From an uncultured Pseudomonadales bacterium (GTDB lineage Bacteria > Patescibacteriota > Microgenomatia > UBA1400 > UBA1396), in assembly GCA_964603945.1 (NCBI GenBank), contig CAZRWP010000001.1, positions 59,623 to 123,622 on the forward strand: a stretch of 64,000 bases of DNA, read 5' to 3'. Positions 20,229 through 30,159 of this stretch are shown in pieces. The notes under the pieces were generated by a model that was not told the DNA's origin, did no database searches, and saw only the letters and a program-made list of their open reading frames with translations. Position 1 is the first letter of the stretch. Every line of letters starts with the position of its first letter. A program made the position numbers and the translations under genes.

Positions 20229-20741
20229 TTACTCAGCTTTCTTGGTTGAGCGGCGTGTCGTGGTTTTCTTAGCCGCTGTACGACGCTTAACAGCACCGCT
20301 TTTGCGGGTAGAAGCGCGCTTGGTTGTATTAGCAGATGATTTGCTAGCCGACTTGGCAACTGACTTCTCTTCTTTAGAGGCTTCGGCTAAAGCTTCTGCT
20401 AAAGCATTGCTGTCTTCCAGACCATCATCGTTAAAAGCAAATTGCATTAATTCCAGATCTTGCTTTAACTGACGGATGCGGCGAACTCTCAGGAAATTTC
20501 CTAGTAAAGCGTATAGCACAAAGAAGGTGGCTACACCGTAGGCAACAACCGGAATGTTGTTTAAGAGTGCTGACTGGTTAGGATTAAAGTCCGGATTCTG
20601 CATCAAAAACTGGAATAATAATTGGGGCAAAAGCAAGGCAGTGATAATCGCAAAAAAGCTGATTAAAAAGGCCTCGACCGCGGCTACCAACCGATTATTC
20701 TGTTCGCTCTGGATTTCGAACTGTAGATTATTTACTTGCAT
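20229..20741 (-). CDS. small membrane protein with basic K/R/T-rich C-terminal tail
   Basis: Two predicted TM helices then 'SKSSANTTKRASTRKSGAVKRRTAAKKTTTRRSTKK'; embedded in glycan operon. Confidence 0.4.
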   Translation of the reverse strand: MQVNNLQFEIQSEQNNRLVAAVEAFLISFFAIITALLLPQLLFQFLMQNPDFNPNQSALLNNIPVVAYGVATFFVLYALLGNFLRVRRIRQLKQDLELMQFAFNDDGLEDSNALAEALAEASKEEKSVAKSASKSSANTTKRASTRKSGAVKRRTAAKKTTTRRSTKKAE

Positions 20742-21642
20742 ACTGTTTCCTTTCGTAATGCATTTTCCATTTTTTTAGTACGTCAATCATAACAAATGAT
20801 AAAAACAATATCACACGAGGATACTTCCTGCGGTAGTGTTTGTCCATAAACTGTTTCATGGTGTCATAAAAAGCACTGATTGTTTTGGATTTAGTTTCCC
20901 AATTAGCAGTCTGCTGTCCAGATTTATATTTGTGATGAATAATTGTTACCTCGGGGTCATATAGCGTCTTCCAGCCAGCTTGAGCAAACCGGTAGCACCA
21001 ATCTATGTCTTCGGCATACATAAAAAAGTCTTCATCCAATACGCCAACTTCGGCGATCGCCGCCTGCCTAACAATCATGGCCGCTCCACTGCAGGCTTCA
21101 ATTTCATGCGCTTTTTTCAAATCCAACCAACTTAGGTGATAGCCAGCCGCCCATTTTGCTTGAGGAAATAATTTGGCCACACCACTGTAATACATTAAGG
21201 CGTTCCAAGGTGTTGGAAAACCGCGATGACAAGCCGGATCAAGCTGACCATTAGTTAACTCCAGGCGCGGAGTAACTACCGCCAATTTTTCATCTGAAAA
21301 TTTTTCTAGCAAAGCCAGTAAGTCAGTATTTTGTTTAAATTCTGTATCAGAGTTTAACAACATTACAAAAGGTGCTGTAGCTTGCTTGATACCAACATTA
21401 TTGCCGCCAGCAAAACCCAGATTTTTCTCATTTTGAATTGTCTTGATCCAGGGAAACTTTTGACTAAGCTCAGCTAACGGTGAAGTCTTAGAGCCATTGT
21501 CAACCACAATCACCTCAATGTTTTCTGGACCATTGACGGTCCAGTGCTCCAGATTGTGAAAAGAGTGAAGACACTTTTCCAGCCACTTCGAATTGCCATA
21601 GTTAAGCAAAATTATTGATAGTCGGGGTTTAGAGATTGTCAT
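20728..21642 (-). CDS. Glycosyltransferase family 2
   Basis: Start at MTISKP (21642); 'LSIILLNYGN..VVDNGS..' DxD-containing GT-A motifs. Confidence 0.75.
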   Translation of the reverse strand: MTISKPRLSIILLNYGNSKWLEKCLHSFHNLEHWTVNGPENIEVIVVDNGSKTSPLAELSQKFPWIKTIQNEKNLGFAGGNNVGIKQATAPFVMLLNSDTEFKQNTDLLALLEKFSDEKLAVVTPRLELTNGQLDPACHRGFPTPWNALMYYSGVAKLFPQAKWAAGYHLSWLDLKKAHEIEACSGAAMIVRQAAIAEVGVLDEDFFMYAEDIDWCYRFAQAGWKTLYDPEVTIIHHKYKSGQQTANWETKSKTISAFYDTMKQFMDKHYRRKYPRVILFLSFVMIDVLKKWKMHYERKQYASK

Positions 21643-21664
21643 TATATTTTTCAATTTGTTTGTA

Positions 21665-22891
21665 TTATTTCTTAACGTTTTGATCACGGTTTTTGGCAGT
21701 AGTTTTTTGATAAACAGTTAGTAAGTCTTGGGCTATAATTTCCCAGCTGAAACGGCGGCTAACAAATTCTTTACCACTTTTTCCTAAACGCTTTTGACGT
21801 TCTTCATCGCCAAGCAGTTCGATTGCCACTTTCGCCATTTCCTCGGCGGAATCGCCTTGCAGAAAATGCTTATTTGGCTCAGCCTGGATGCCTTCCAGAG
21901 CAATTGAGGTACCAACCACCGGTGTCTCTGATGCCATCGCTTCCAGAACCTTATAGCGTGTTCCTTTGCCGCTAAAAACCGGCGCCAACAAAATATTAGC
22001 CTTGGCATATTCTTCACGAATATCTGGGACGCGTCCGGTTACAGTAATTTGTTTATCTTGCTTTTCATAATCGATAATTTTTTTAGTCGGTGAGGGGCCG
22101 ACTATTCTTAAATTAATATTAGGCACAGCTTGCTTAATAAGTGGCCAAATTTTCTCAACTAAAAATTCAACTGCCTCAACATTTGGCAACCAATGAAAGG
22201 TGCCTACAAACAGCAAGCTCGGCTGGCTTGACAGCTTTTTTTTGACTTGGCTGAAAAAATTAATGTCGACTCCATTACTGACCACATCAATATTCTTAAT
22301 ACTTGGCTCAACTTGCCGAATAAAATCTCGATCATCTTCCGAAACCGTTACCAGGCGATCACATCGACGCCAATAATGTTTTTCCCAATAACGAATCTTG
22401 GCAATGTCCAAGTTTAAAAGTGGCCGCAGAAGTGGCCATCGCCGCCGGATTTTAGCCGCAAAATCCTCATAACCTAAGTACTCAATTGTCTGTTCAACCA
22501 AAATTGTTGGCACAGCCGTTTTAGGAATGTTTGGCATCATATAAAACGTTTCCACATGAATTAGGTCGTGCTTAATTTCTTCTAATTCTTTGGCAATCTC
22601 TTGCTTAAGTGACATCACTAGATTTCTCGTTACCACAAACGGGAAAGGTGTGAAGCCAGCCAACAAAATATTACGGGGATGCCATGGCTTGGCCGTGCGC
22701 TTAAACAGCTTTATCTTATGGCAGTACGGCTCAAGTTCTTTAATGTATTGAAGCTCTTCTTTCTTTTTAATGAGAGCAAACAGAGTAACCTCGTGTTCCT
22801 TGGAAATTTGTTTAAGCAGATTGTAGGTTCTGACTTGGCCGCCACTTAGTAGAGGATATGGCAGATAAGGAGTCAGCATGAGAATTCGCAT
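21665..22891 (-). CDS. Glycosyltransferase family 4
   Basis: 'MRILMLTPYLPYPLLSGGQVR' N-terminus, GT-B C-terminal nucleotide-sugar motif. Confidence 0.75.
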   Translation of the reverse strand: MRILMLTPYLPYPLLSGGQVRTYNLLKQISKEHEVTLFALIKKKEELQYIKELEPYCHKIKLFKRTAKPWHPRNILLAGFTPFPFVVTRNLVMSLKQEIAKELEEIKHDLIHVETFYMMPNIPKTAVPTILVEQTIEYLGYEDFAAKIRRRWPLLRPLLNLDIAKIRYWEKHYWRRCDRLVTVSEDDRDFIRQVEPSIKNIDVVSNGVDINFFSQVKKKLSSQPSLLFVGTFHWLPNVEAVEFLVEKIWPLIKQAVPNINLRIVGPSPTKKIIDYEKQDKQITVTGRVPDIREEYAKANILLAPVFSGKGTRYKVLEAMASETPVVGTSIALEGIQAEPNKHFLQGDSAEEMAKVAIELLGDEERQKRLGKSGKEFVSRRFSWEIIAQDLLTVYQKTTAKNRDQNVKK

Positions 22892-24444
22892 TACTTGGCA
22901 CTCCTTAGATCAAAAATGATGTAATCATCCGTTTCCTCAACCACTGGAAATTGCTGGCGCAGTTCACCAACTTCATCATCCTTACTAGTAGAAACGTAAA
23001 AATCCGCGCCTTGCTCAATTTTTTCATCAATATCAAATCCAAGTGGCCAACCGCGCCGGTTGGTCTGGAAAAGAAAGGCGGTATCACCCATATAAGGCGC
23101 AATTACTAGAGCGTCTGGCGAAGTTAAGCGCTCAACTGCTGTACCGGCTCTGACAATAGCCCAATTATTAATGTTGTATAAATCTTTAATAAAATACCAG
23201 GCAAAAAGATTCGAGAAAATCCAAATTACTATTAGTCCAGTGGCCATGCCAACTGTTTGTAAGCGCGTTGGCGCCCATCTAATCAAACCAACCGCTCCCA
23301 ATGCCCAAAGCCAAGCCATTACTGGAATCAAGATTATCTGATAGTAATCATGCTGAACATTACCGCTGGCGAACACCACTAAATACAACATCATGCCGGC
23401 GACTAAACCCAAAATGGCACCCTGATTCTTAAACCAACTCTGCAAATAACTCAAAATTTCACCGAGCCTGGGTGGTAAATTTTTTGTAACTTTATTTTTA
23501 ATTAATGAAACTGAGGTCGGCAAGGTCATGGCTAAACCAATTATCGTCAACGGCGCACCCCAGTAACCAAACATCATCCGTCCAATCCGGTCAGCAAACA
23601 ACCAACGCCACCAGGCAGGTTTCAAACGAATACCATTGCCGTTCAACAACCAATCAGAAACGGGAATGCCAGTTGGAAAATTTAAGATCCAACTTCGCCA
23701 CCAAATCACTGGTAAGACGGCCAGAACCAAGCTGACCGCCAGCTTTAAAAGATTTATAAAATTAAGTTTCCCTTTTAATAACAACCTCTCAGGGAACTGC
23801 CATATGAGACCGATAAAAGTGGGAGCAAAAAACACGGCGGTCGGCTTGACCAATAGCGCCAGAGCGCCAGTCAAAGCAGTTAGAATCAACCAGCCATCGC
23901 GGCCTTGGTATTTTTTTAGCCAGGCATACCAACTAACCAGTGCCAAGCCAATAAACATTAATACAAAAGGTTCAGGCAGAATTACCCGGCCATAATAAAT
24001 TGCGTAAGGCATAAAAGTCCAAACTGCTGTGGCTACTAAAGCAGTGGCGGGATTATTTAACCGCCAAATTAACCAGCCAAAAGTAATCATGGCGATAATG
24101 GTTGCCATTACACTCGCTATACGGCTAGTAACCACCAAATCCAGGCTGGGCTGGGCTTGTAAAATAACTGCTAGCAGACCATTAATGACGGGAAACTCGA
24201 CCATTCGCCAGCCTTCAGGATTGAATTCTCCGGACTGAATGTTGGAAATATCGTGATAACGTGGTCGCAGTAAATCCACGCCGTTTTTAACATACTCACG
24301 CGTGACAGAGGCCGTATCAGCTTGTCGGAAAGAATGCCAATCAGCTAGCGGTGTATCAATTTTATAAAGGCGGAGACCAAAGGCAATTATTAATAAAGCT
24401 ATCATAATGCCAGATAGCCAACTTCTCTTCAGCCAGGTCATCAC
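22891..24444 (-). CDS. Polyprenyl-phosphate-dependent GT-C glycosyltransferase (PMT_2 / ArnT-like, GT39/83-like)
   Basis: ~12 TM helices, N-terminal loop motif 'HSFRQADTASVTREY' characteristic of PMT_2 family. Confidence 0.65.
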   Translation of the reverse strand: MMTWLKRSWLSGIMIALLIIAFGLRLYKIDTPLADWHSFRQADTASVTREYVKNGVDLLRPRYHDISNIQSGEFNPEGWRMVEFPVINGLLAVILQAQPSLDLVVTSRIASVMATIIAMITFGWLIWRLNNPATALVATAVWTFMPYAIYYGRVILPEPFVLMFIGLALVSWYAWLKKYQGRDGWLILTALTGALALLVKPTAVFFAPTFIGLIWQFPERLLLKGKLNFINLLKLAVSLVLAVLPVIWWRSWILNFPTGIPVSDWLLNGNGIRLKPAWWRWLFADRIGRMMFGYWGAPLTIIGLAMTLPTSVSLIKNKVTKNLPPRLGEILSYLQSWFKNQGAILGLVAGMMLYLVVFASGNVQHDYYQIILIPVMAWLWALGAVGLIRWAPTRLQTVGMATGLIVIWIFSNLFAWYFIKDLYNINNWAIVRAGTAVERLTSPDALVIAPYMGDTAFLFQTNRRGWPLGFDIDEKIEQGADFYVSTSKDDEVGELRQQFPVVEETDDYIIFDLRSAK

Positions 24445-24448
24445 GCCC

Positions 24449-26308
24449 CTATCTTTTTTGTGTTTTTCTTTTGTTTTTAGTGCTCTTTTGCCGACGCTTA
24501 GCTGAAGAAAGATATTTCGTAGTCGCCGTTTTTTCTTTAGCTGATTCCTCCACCGCTAAAAGAAGTGAACGCAACCGCTGAGTGTCCTTTTCCTTAGCCT
24601 GACGGGCAAAAGCAAACTTGGGAGCAATCAGCCCCTCATTGACAAAGACTGCCAGGAAAATACCTTGCAAAATCCAGAAGGTATAAGCCACTTTGGAAGA
24701 AACAAATACGTCGATATATATCGCATTCACCAAAAGACCAATTATGCCGGCAAAGTTAGCAATCGCCAAAGCGGTTAACCAAATATCCTTGCTTTTTTGG
24801 TACGCCTGCCAGCTGTACCACAGAGCCAACCCAATCGCCCCGTAATAGAAGAAGAAGCCCAGAGCACCATTCTCGCCTAAAGTCCTCAAATAATTATTGT
24901 CCGTACTTTCAGCTTCGGTGAATTGCTCAACGGTTGATTTAGTTAGTGTGGCATATCCCGAGCCAATCAGCGGATTACGCATAAAGCCGGCAAAGGCCTG
25001 CGGCCAAAGCGTCTCTAAGCGGATACAAACCGACAAACTATGCTCTAAAGCGCAATCAGAAAACACTCGATCTTGGACTAATTTGTCGCCCACTTGCTTT
25101 AGATTTCCAGCCATGGTCGCGGCTGGATCATTAAGCTCAAATTGTTGAGCTGGCACGTCCGTGTAGACATCTTTGGGGCGTTCAGAACTCGGCTGAGTAT
25201 CAGTTACTGTCATACCTTGTTCATTCAGCTCTCTTTCTAGATCATCAGTTGATTTGCCACCTTCTGGCGGCTGACCCAGCTGAATTCCCAGATAAGCTAA
25301 AGGATTTTCACGCATACCATTGGTAAAACGAAAGATCGAAGTAATGATCGGGTAACGATTCTCATCAATAATTTGCGAATATCGTGATGACAAATCTCCC
25401 ACAAACAGCATCATGGCTCCACTGATAGCCAAAACAGTCAGTCCGCGTGAAATTCCCCACCACCAGCCGCGTCGCCACATATAAAGCACAACAACCAAAC
25501 CAGCCGCTAGTAAATAACCAATAAATGAAGTCCTGGAGGCAGACATAACCATCAACCAAAGTCCGCCAAACCAGGTTAGACCAACCAAAATACTCAACAA
25601 CCACTTCTGCCATTTCTTAACAAAATCAGCGTCTCGTAGTCCAAAAAATACAGCCAATGTTAAAGGCAGAATAATAACCAAATAGGCGCCAAGATCATAA
25701 TGTCCAGCAAAAGTAGATTGAACTCGGGCATGCTCACCCAAATACAAACGAACTCCTTTGCTAAATTCACGATTCATCGTCGAAAACACTGGCCAAAAGT
25801 GATATTTCTGACCGTAACCATACACAATTACTCCCAACAGAGCCACCAACACTGTGCCGACCAGGAATAAGGCCTGTCGGCGGTTTTTCACGGCGTTATA
25901 GCCAATAAAAAAGAGTGACAAATACTGAATATGTCGAGCCCAATGCAACATTGATTTACCTATATGCAGAAGTTCTTCCGGAATAGTTTTAGTGATGTAA
26001 ACCCCACCAATATTAGAAAGCAATCCAATTGCCAGGTAAGCCAAAATAAACCAAGTAAGAGGCGTTTTCCAGGTTACTTTCCGTCTTAATAGAGAAATCA
26101 ACCACCAGCCGGCCACCAGCGCAATAAAGACATCTTCCAGGCGCAGGCGGACAATATAACCAGGAATTATGTCAGCAAAAGGAATCTTAGGATAAAGAGG
26201 AATGAAGATAATTAGGAAGGCGGTTGCTAAAAGCAAAAAGTATTCATCAAACCAATGCCAAAGCTTCCTGATAAGCACGCTGAAGTCCATATCGTCGCAG
26301 TATACCAA
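24449..26308 (-). CDS. O-antigen ligase/polymerase-like (Wzy_C-like) polytopic membrane protein with basic C-terminal tail
   Basis: Many TM helices plus large extracytoplasmic loop; C-terminus 'KRRQKSTKNKRKTQKR'; position inside glycan operon. Confidence 0.55.
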   Translation of the reverse strand: MVYCDDMDFSVLIRKLWHWFDEYFLLLATAFLIIFIPLYPKIPFADIIPGYIVRLRLEDVFIALVAGWWLISLLRRKVTWKTPLTWFILAYLAIGLLSNIGGVYITKTIPEELLHIGKSMLHWARHIQYLSLFFIGYNAVKNRRQALFLVGTVLVALLGVIVYGYGQKYHFWPVFSTMNREFSKGVRLYLGEHARVQSTFAGHYDLGAYLVIILPLTLAVFFGLRDADFVKKWQKWLLSILVGLTWFGGLWLMVMSASRTSFIGYLLAAGLVVVLYMWRRGWWWGISRGLTVLAISGAMMLFVGDLSSRYSQIIDENRYPIITSIFRFTNGMRENPLAYLGIQLGQPPEGGKSTDDLERELNEQGMTVTDTQPSSERPKDVYTDVPAQQFELNDPAATMAGNLKQVGDKLVQDRVFSDCALEHSLSVCIRLETLWPQAFAGFMRNPLIGSGYATLTKSTVEQFTEAESTDNNYLRTLGENGALGFFFYYGAIGLALWYSWQAYQKSKDIWLTALAIANFAGIIGLLVNAIYIDVFVSSKVAYTFWILQGIFLAVFVNEGLIAPKFAFARQAKEKDTQRLRSLLLAVEESAKEKTATTKYLSSAKRRQKSTKNKRKTQKR

Positions 26309-27374
26309 AAACTAGGATTCTTAAACCAATACCAAATCGCAATATTTGGCGGAGCATCCAGAGGTCGAATCCAGAAGAATGCTTATACCATAAGTAAAGG
26401 AGACCATTTATCTCACCAATAATGGCATTTTTGTGATCACTGCTGGCCGAGCCTAAATGAATTACCTGGCCAGCATCCGCCAGCACAACGTCCCAGTGGC
26501 GGCGATTGGCGCGCCAACAAAGTTCTACATCTTCGCCATACATAAAGATATGCGGATCAAAACCACCAATTTCTTCCAGGCACGGACGAGAAATCATCAT
26601 GCAGGTGCCGCCTACCCAGCCAACTTTAGCCAATTTTTTTTGTTTTAATGACTTCATCTGTGATCCGTGATGCTGATAAGAAGTTAAGACTCTAGACAAA
26701 AACGGCACATCGTCTAAAAAAGTGATCCAGCGAAATAAATTAGACAAACTGGGCAAGGCACCACCCTGTACCTGAATAGTCTTATCTGAGTTAAAAACAT
26801 AAGCTGACGCAATTCCCACATTATCAATCACCGCCTGTGTCCGACTTAAAACGGAACTAGACTTAACAAAGTTAGTTGATGAAAACGTCTTGGTCAAAGC
26901 AAAAGCTGTTCGTGGTTTTACAAAAGCATCTGAATTCACATAGAAGTAATAGTCACAATCAAGCATGGCGGTGGCAAGGTTGTTGGCACGACCAAAGCCA
27001 ATGTTCTTACGCAGTTCCACCATATGCAGTGTGTGCTCACCAACCGATGTGCTTCGAATATTGGAAATTTGCTCAATGTCTTCCGTGATGTTACCGAAAA
27101 GTTGTTCTATATGATCATCCTTTTTCTTATCTTCAGCAACCTTTAGCAAATCGTTATTTTTTCGCAGACGATAGCGCCTAGCCAAAGATACAGGACTTCT
27201 ATCCGTAGAAGCATTATCAATTACGACCACATCTAACAAGACACCTTTGGAAGCTAATAAAGCCTCAACGGATTTACGTGTCAATTCAGAAGTATTGTAA
27301 GAAATCACCACCGCACAAACCCGGGCTTTGAGTCTTTCCCTTTTTTTCCAGGTAGTATTGGTTACACTAGACAT
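26247..27374 (-). CDS. Glycosyltransferase family 2
   Basis: 'VVISYNTSELTRKSVEAL..VVVIDNASTD' GT-A motifs; start codon abuts start of divergent DUF167 gene (CATATG). Confidence 0.7.
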   Translation of the reverse strand: MSSVTNTTWKKRERLKARVCAVVISYNTSELTRKSVEALLASKGVLLDVVVIDNASTDRSPVSLARRYRLRKNNDLLKVAEDKKKDDHIEQLFGNITEDIEQISNIRSTSVGEHTLHMVELRKNIGFGRANNLATAMLDCDYYFYVNSDAFVKPRTAFALTKTFSSTNFVKSSSVLSRTQAVIDNVGIASAYVFNSDKTIQVQGGALPSLSNLFRWITFLDDVPFLSRVLTSYQHHGSQMKSLKQKKLAKVGWVGGTCMMISRPCLEEIGGFDPHIFMYGEDVELCWRANRRHWDVVLADAGQVIHLGSASSDHKNAIIGEINGLLYLWYKHSSGFDLWMLRQILRFGIGLRILVFGILRRYGLQRAYQEALALV

Positions 27375-27611
27375 ATGCGAGTATTATCCGTAAAAGTAAT
27401 TCCAAAGGCGAGCCGCAATGAAGTAACTCAGCTTTCGAAGGATAGCTTTAAGGTATATGTTACCTCGGTCGCGGAAAAAGGGAAAGCCAATAAGTCCATG
27501 CTTAAACTACTAGCTAAGCATTTGGGCTTACCGCCCTCCCACCTAATGATCTCCCGTGGAGATCGTTCCAACGATAAAACCGTGCTAGTATTGGAATCAG
27601 CTATCATATGA
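27375..27611 (+). CDS. DUF167 (YggU-like) family protein
   Basis: 'VKVIPKASRNEV..VYVTSVAEKGKANKSMLKLLAKHLGL' matches DUF167/UPF0235 pattern. Confidence 0.65.
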   Translation: MRVLSVKVIPKASRNEVTQLSKDSFKVYVTSVAEKGKANKSMLKLLAKHLGLPPSHLMISRGDRSNDKTVLVLESAII

Positions 27612-28615
27612 AAGTCTTAGTTACAGGCGGAGCCGGCTTTATTGGCTCACACTTTGTTCATTACTGGTTAGCAAATCATCCTGAGGATACCGTCGTTAAT
27701 TTTGATCTTTTAACTTACGCCGGCAATCTGGATAATTTGCAGGACATTGCTGATTCGCCCCAATATCAGTTTATTCAAGGCGATATTCGCGACGTTTCTG
27801 CTGTCGACCAGGTAATGACTGGTGTGGACATAGTGGTTCATTTTGCCGCCGAGACTCACGTGGACCGCTCAATATTAGAACCATCAGCTTTTGTGACCAC
27901 TAATGTGGTCGGCACCCAGGTTTTGCTGGACTCTGCCTTGCGACATCGGGTAAAACGATTTCACCATATCTCAACAGATGAGGTTTTCGGCAGTCTTGAA
28001 CTTGGTTCAGCTGAAAAATTCTCCGAAACCACTCCGTATGATCCACGCAGTCCTTACTCTGCTTCTAAAGCTGGCTCTGATCACTTGGTCCGTGCTTATG
28101 GCGAAACCTTTAATCTGCCAATTACTATCTCTAATTGCTCAAATAACTATGGTCCAAACATGTTCCCGGAAAAATACTTTCCGCTGGCCATCACCAATTT
28201 AATTGAGGGCAAAAACATTCCAATCTACGGTGATGGCTTAAATGTGCGCGACTGGCTATTTGTCACCGATCACTGCCGAGCAATTGAGGTAATTTTGCAA
28301 AATGGCCGCCTGGGAGAAACCTACTGCGTGGGAGGCCTAACCAAGGATGTATCTAATCATGAGATTGCCAAGATGATTCTAAACTTGATGAACTTGCCCG
28401 AAGACCGAATTGATTTTATAAAAGACCGGGCTGGCCATGACCGCCGTTATGCCATCGACTGGACCAAGATAAATCAAGAGCTTGGCTGGGCGCCATCAGT
28501 AACTTTGGAAGAGGGTTTGAGACAGACAATTGAGTGGTATCAGAACAATCAGAACTGGTGGCAGGCACTCAAACAAGCCAACGCCGATTATTTTAATAAG
28601 CAATATCAAGCCTAA
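27608..28615 (+). CDS. rmlB: dTDP-glucose 4,6-dehydratase
   Basis: 'MKVLVTGGAGFIGSHF' Rossmann, catalytic 'YSASKAGSDHLVRAY' YxxxK, 4-nt overlap with upstream gene. Confidence 0.85.
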   Translation: MKVLVTGGAGFIGSHFVHYWLANHPEDTVVNFDLLTYAGNLDNLQDIADSPQYQFIQGDIRDVSAVDQVMTGVDIVVHFAAETHVDRSILEPSAFVTTNVVGTQVLLDSALRHRVKRFHHISTDEVFGSLELGSAEKFSETTPYDPRSPYSASKAGSDHLVRAYGETFNLPITISNCSNNYGPNMFPEKYFPLAITNLIEGKNIPIYGDGLNVRDWLFVTDHCRAIEVILQNGRLGETYCVGGLTKDVSNHEIAKMILNLMNLPEDRIDFIKDRAGHDRRYAIDWTKINQELGWAPSVTLEEGLRQTIEWYQNNQNWWQALKQANADYFNKQYQA

Positions 28616-28634
28616 ACAGAGTGAGGAAATCAAG

Positions 28635-29252
28635 ATGAGTCAAACAATTAGCTACGAACCTCAACCATATGATGAATTTAGTCCAGGTATATACAAAACT
28701 CCTCTGGAGGAAGTTTATTTTATACCTTTTACTAAACACCCCGACCAACGGGGTTTTTACACAGAGCTAACTCGTCTGCCAGAATTAGACGCCGTTTTAA
28801 AGGAACCTTTTCAGCCAAGGCAGATAAATTTAAGTAATTCAAAAACTAAGGTGATCCGAGGTTTTCACGCTGAAAACTGGCAAAAATTAGTAACAATCAT
28901 AACTGGCACTGCTTTCTGTGCCTTGGCGGATTTTAGGCCACAATCACCACAATTTGGTCAAGTTATGACTGCCTCAATGGGAGAGAATGGATTAAACGGA
29001 TCTCTTTTTCTGCCCGCGGGTATCGGCAATTCTTTTTGTGTAACTCAGGGAGATTTAAATTATTTGTACGCCGTTGATCAGCTTTACCGCGATCGAGATT
29101 CAAGCGGTGATGTTGCTATTTCTTTGTTTGATTCAGATCTAAATGTCCAGTGGCCATTTGAGCAATCTGAATTAATAATCTCTGATCGTGATCGGGCATC
29201 CATATCACTGCGAGAGCGTTTTCCAGAAAAGTTCGGAGGTCAAGATGAATGA
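28635..29252 (+). CDS. rmlC: dTDP-4-dehydrorhamnose 3,5-epimerase (RmlC-like cupin)
   Basis: Start ATG at 28635 preceded by GAGGAAA SD; 'IRGFHAENWQKLVTIITG' cupin core; ORF-track start further upstream overlaps rmlB. Confidence 0.7.
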   Translation: MSQTISYEPQPYDEFSPGIYKTPLEEVYFIPFTKHPDQRGFYTELTRLPELDAVLKEPFQPRQINLSNSKTKVIRGFHAENWQKLVTIITGTAFCALADFRPQSPQFGQVMTASMGENGLNGSLFLPAGIGNSFCVTQGDLNYLYAVDQLYRDRDSSGDVAISLFDSDLNVQWPFEQSELIISDRDRASISLRERFPEKFGGQDE

Positions 29253-30159
29253 TGATATAGCTAGCAATTCAGGCAGTGATTTAACTAGTAGTTCAAATAA
29301 TATCTCAACTAAAGAATCAATATTGGGCACTGGCTTGTCTGGCTTAGTTGGTTCTGGACTGGTGAGCATTTTGAGTGACCGTTATCAGTTCCATAATCTT
29401 GATCTGACCAATGGAGTCAATATTTTAGAACCAAAGACACTGGAAAAAGCTTACGCTGAGCATCCATCACCAGTCTTAATTCATTTAGCCGCTTTTACAG
29501 ATGTTAACTCAGCCCAGGAACAAATGGGTCAAAAAGACGGGTCGGCTTATCAAGTAAACGTTACTGGCACCCGCAACGTCGCTGAGCTGTGCGCCAAGCA
29601 CAATATGCACCTTATTCACCTATCAACTGGTTATGTCTTTGATGGTGAAAAGCGTTCAGCTTATTCCGAAGATGATGCGGTAAATCCAGTTGACTGGTAC
29701 AGCGTGACCAAAACAGAAGCTGAAAAAGTTGTTCTGGACATTACACCAAACGCTACCATTTTCCGAATCAATTTCCCCTACCGGCAGGACGAATTTCCCA
29801 AAAAAGATATTTGGCATAAACTAGCTGAAGGTTTACAAGCTGGTAAAACCGGACCTTTTTTTGAAGATCATTTCTTTACTCTTACTCCGGTGGAATGGTT
29901 TGCTCAAGTTGTTGATTGGGCAATTACCACCAAGCCAGCCGGAATCTTTCACGCCACCACCGATCAAGTTTATACCGATCTATCACTGGCCCAATCAGTT
30001 GCCCAGGAGCTTGGCTTGTCTGTCAAGAATTTGAGTGGCGGCTCAGTCCATGAGTACAATAAGCAGGCGAACCGGCCATATCAGCCATCACTCATTTTAA
30101 GCAATGAGAAACTAAAACAAGCTATGGGCGATCGCTATCCAGATGGTAAAACAAGCTAA
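29245..30159 (+). CDS. rmlD: dTDP-4-dehydrorhamnose reductase with ~30-aa S/N-rich N-terminal extension
   Basis: Start at MNDDIAS (GGAGGT SD), 'IHLSTGYVFDG..Y.E.D..NPVDWYSVTK' RmlD motifs; 8-nt overlap with rmlC. Confidence 0.7.
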   Translation: MNDDIASNSGSDLTSSSNNISTKESILGTGLSGLVGSGLVSILSDRYQFHNLDLTNGVNILEPKTLEKAYAEHPSPVLIHLAAFTDVNSAQEQMGQKDGSAYQVNVTGTRNVAELCAKHNMHLIHLSTGYVFDGEKRSAYSEDDAVNPVDWYSVTKTEAEKVVLDITPNATIFRINFPYRQDEFPKKDIWHKLAEGLQAGKTGPFFEDHFFTLTPVEWFAQVVDWAITTKPAGIFHATTDQVYTDLSLAQSVAQELGLSVKNLSGGSVHEYNKQANRPYQPSLILSNEKLKQAMGDRYPDGKTS

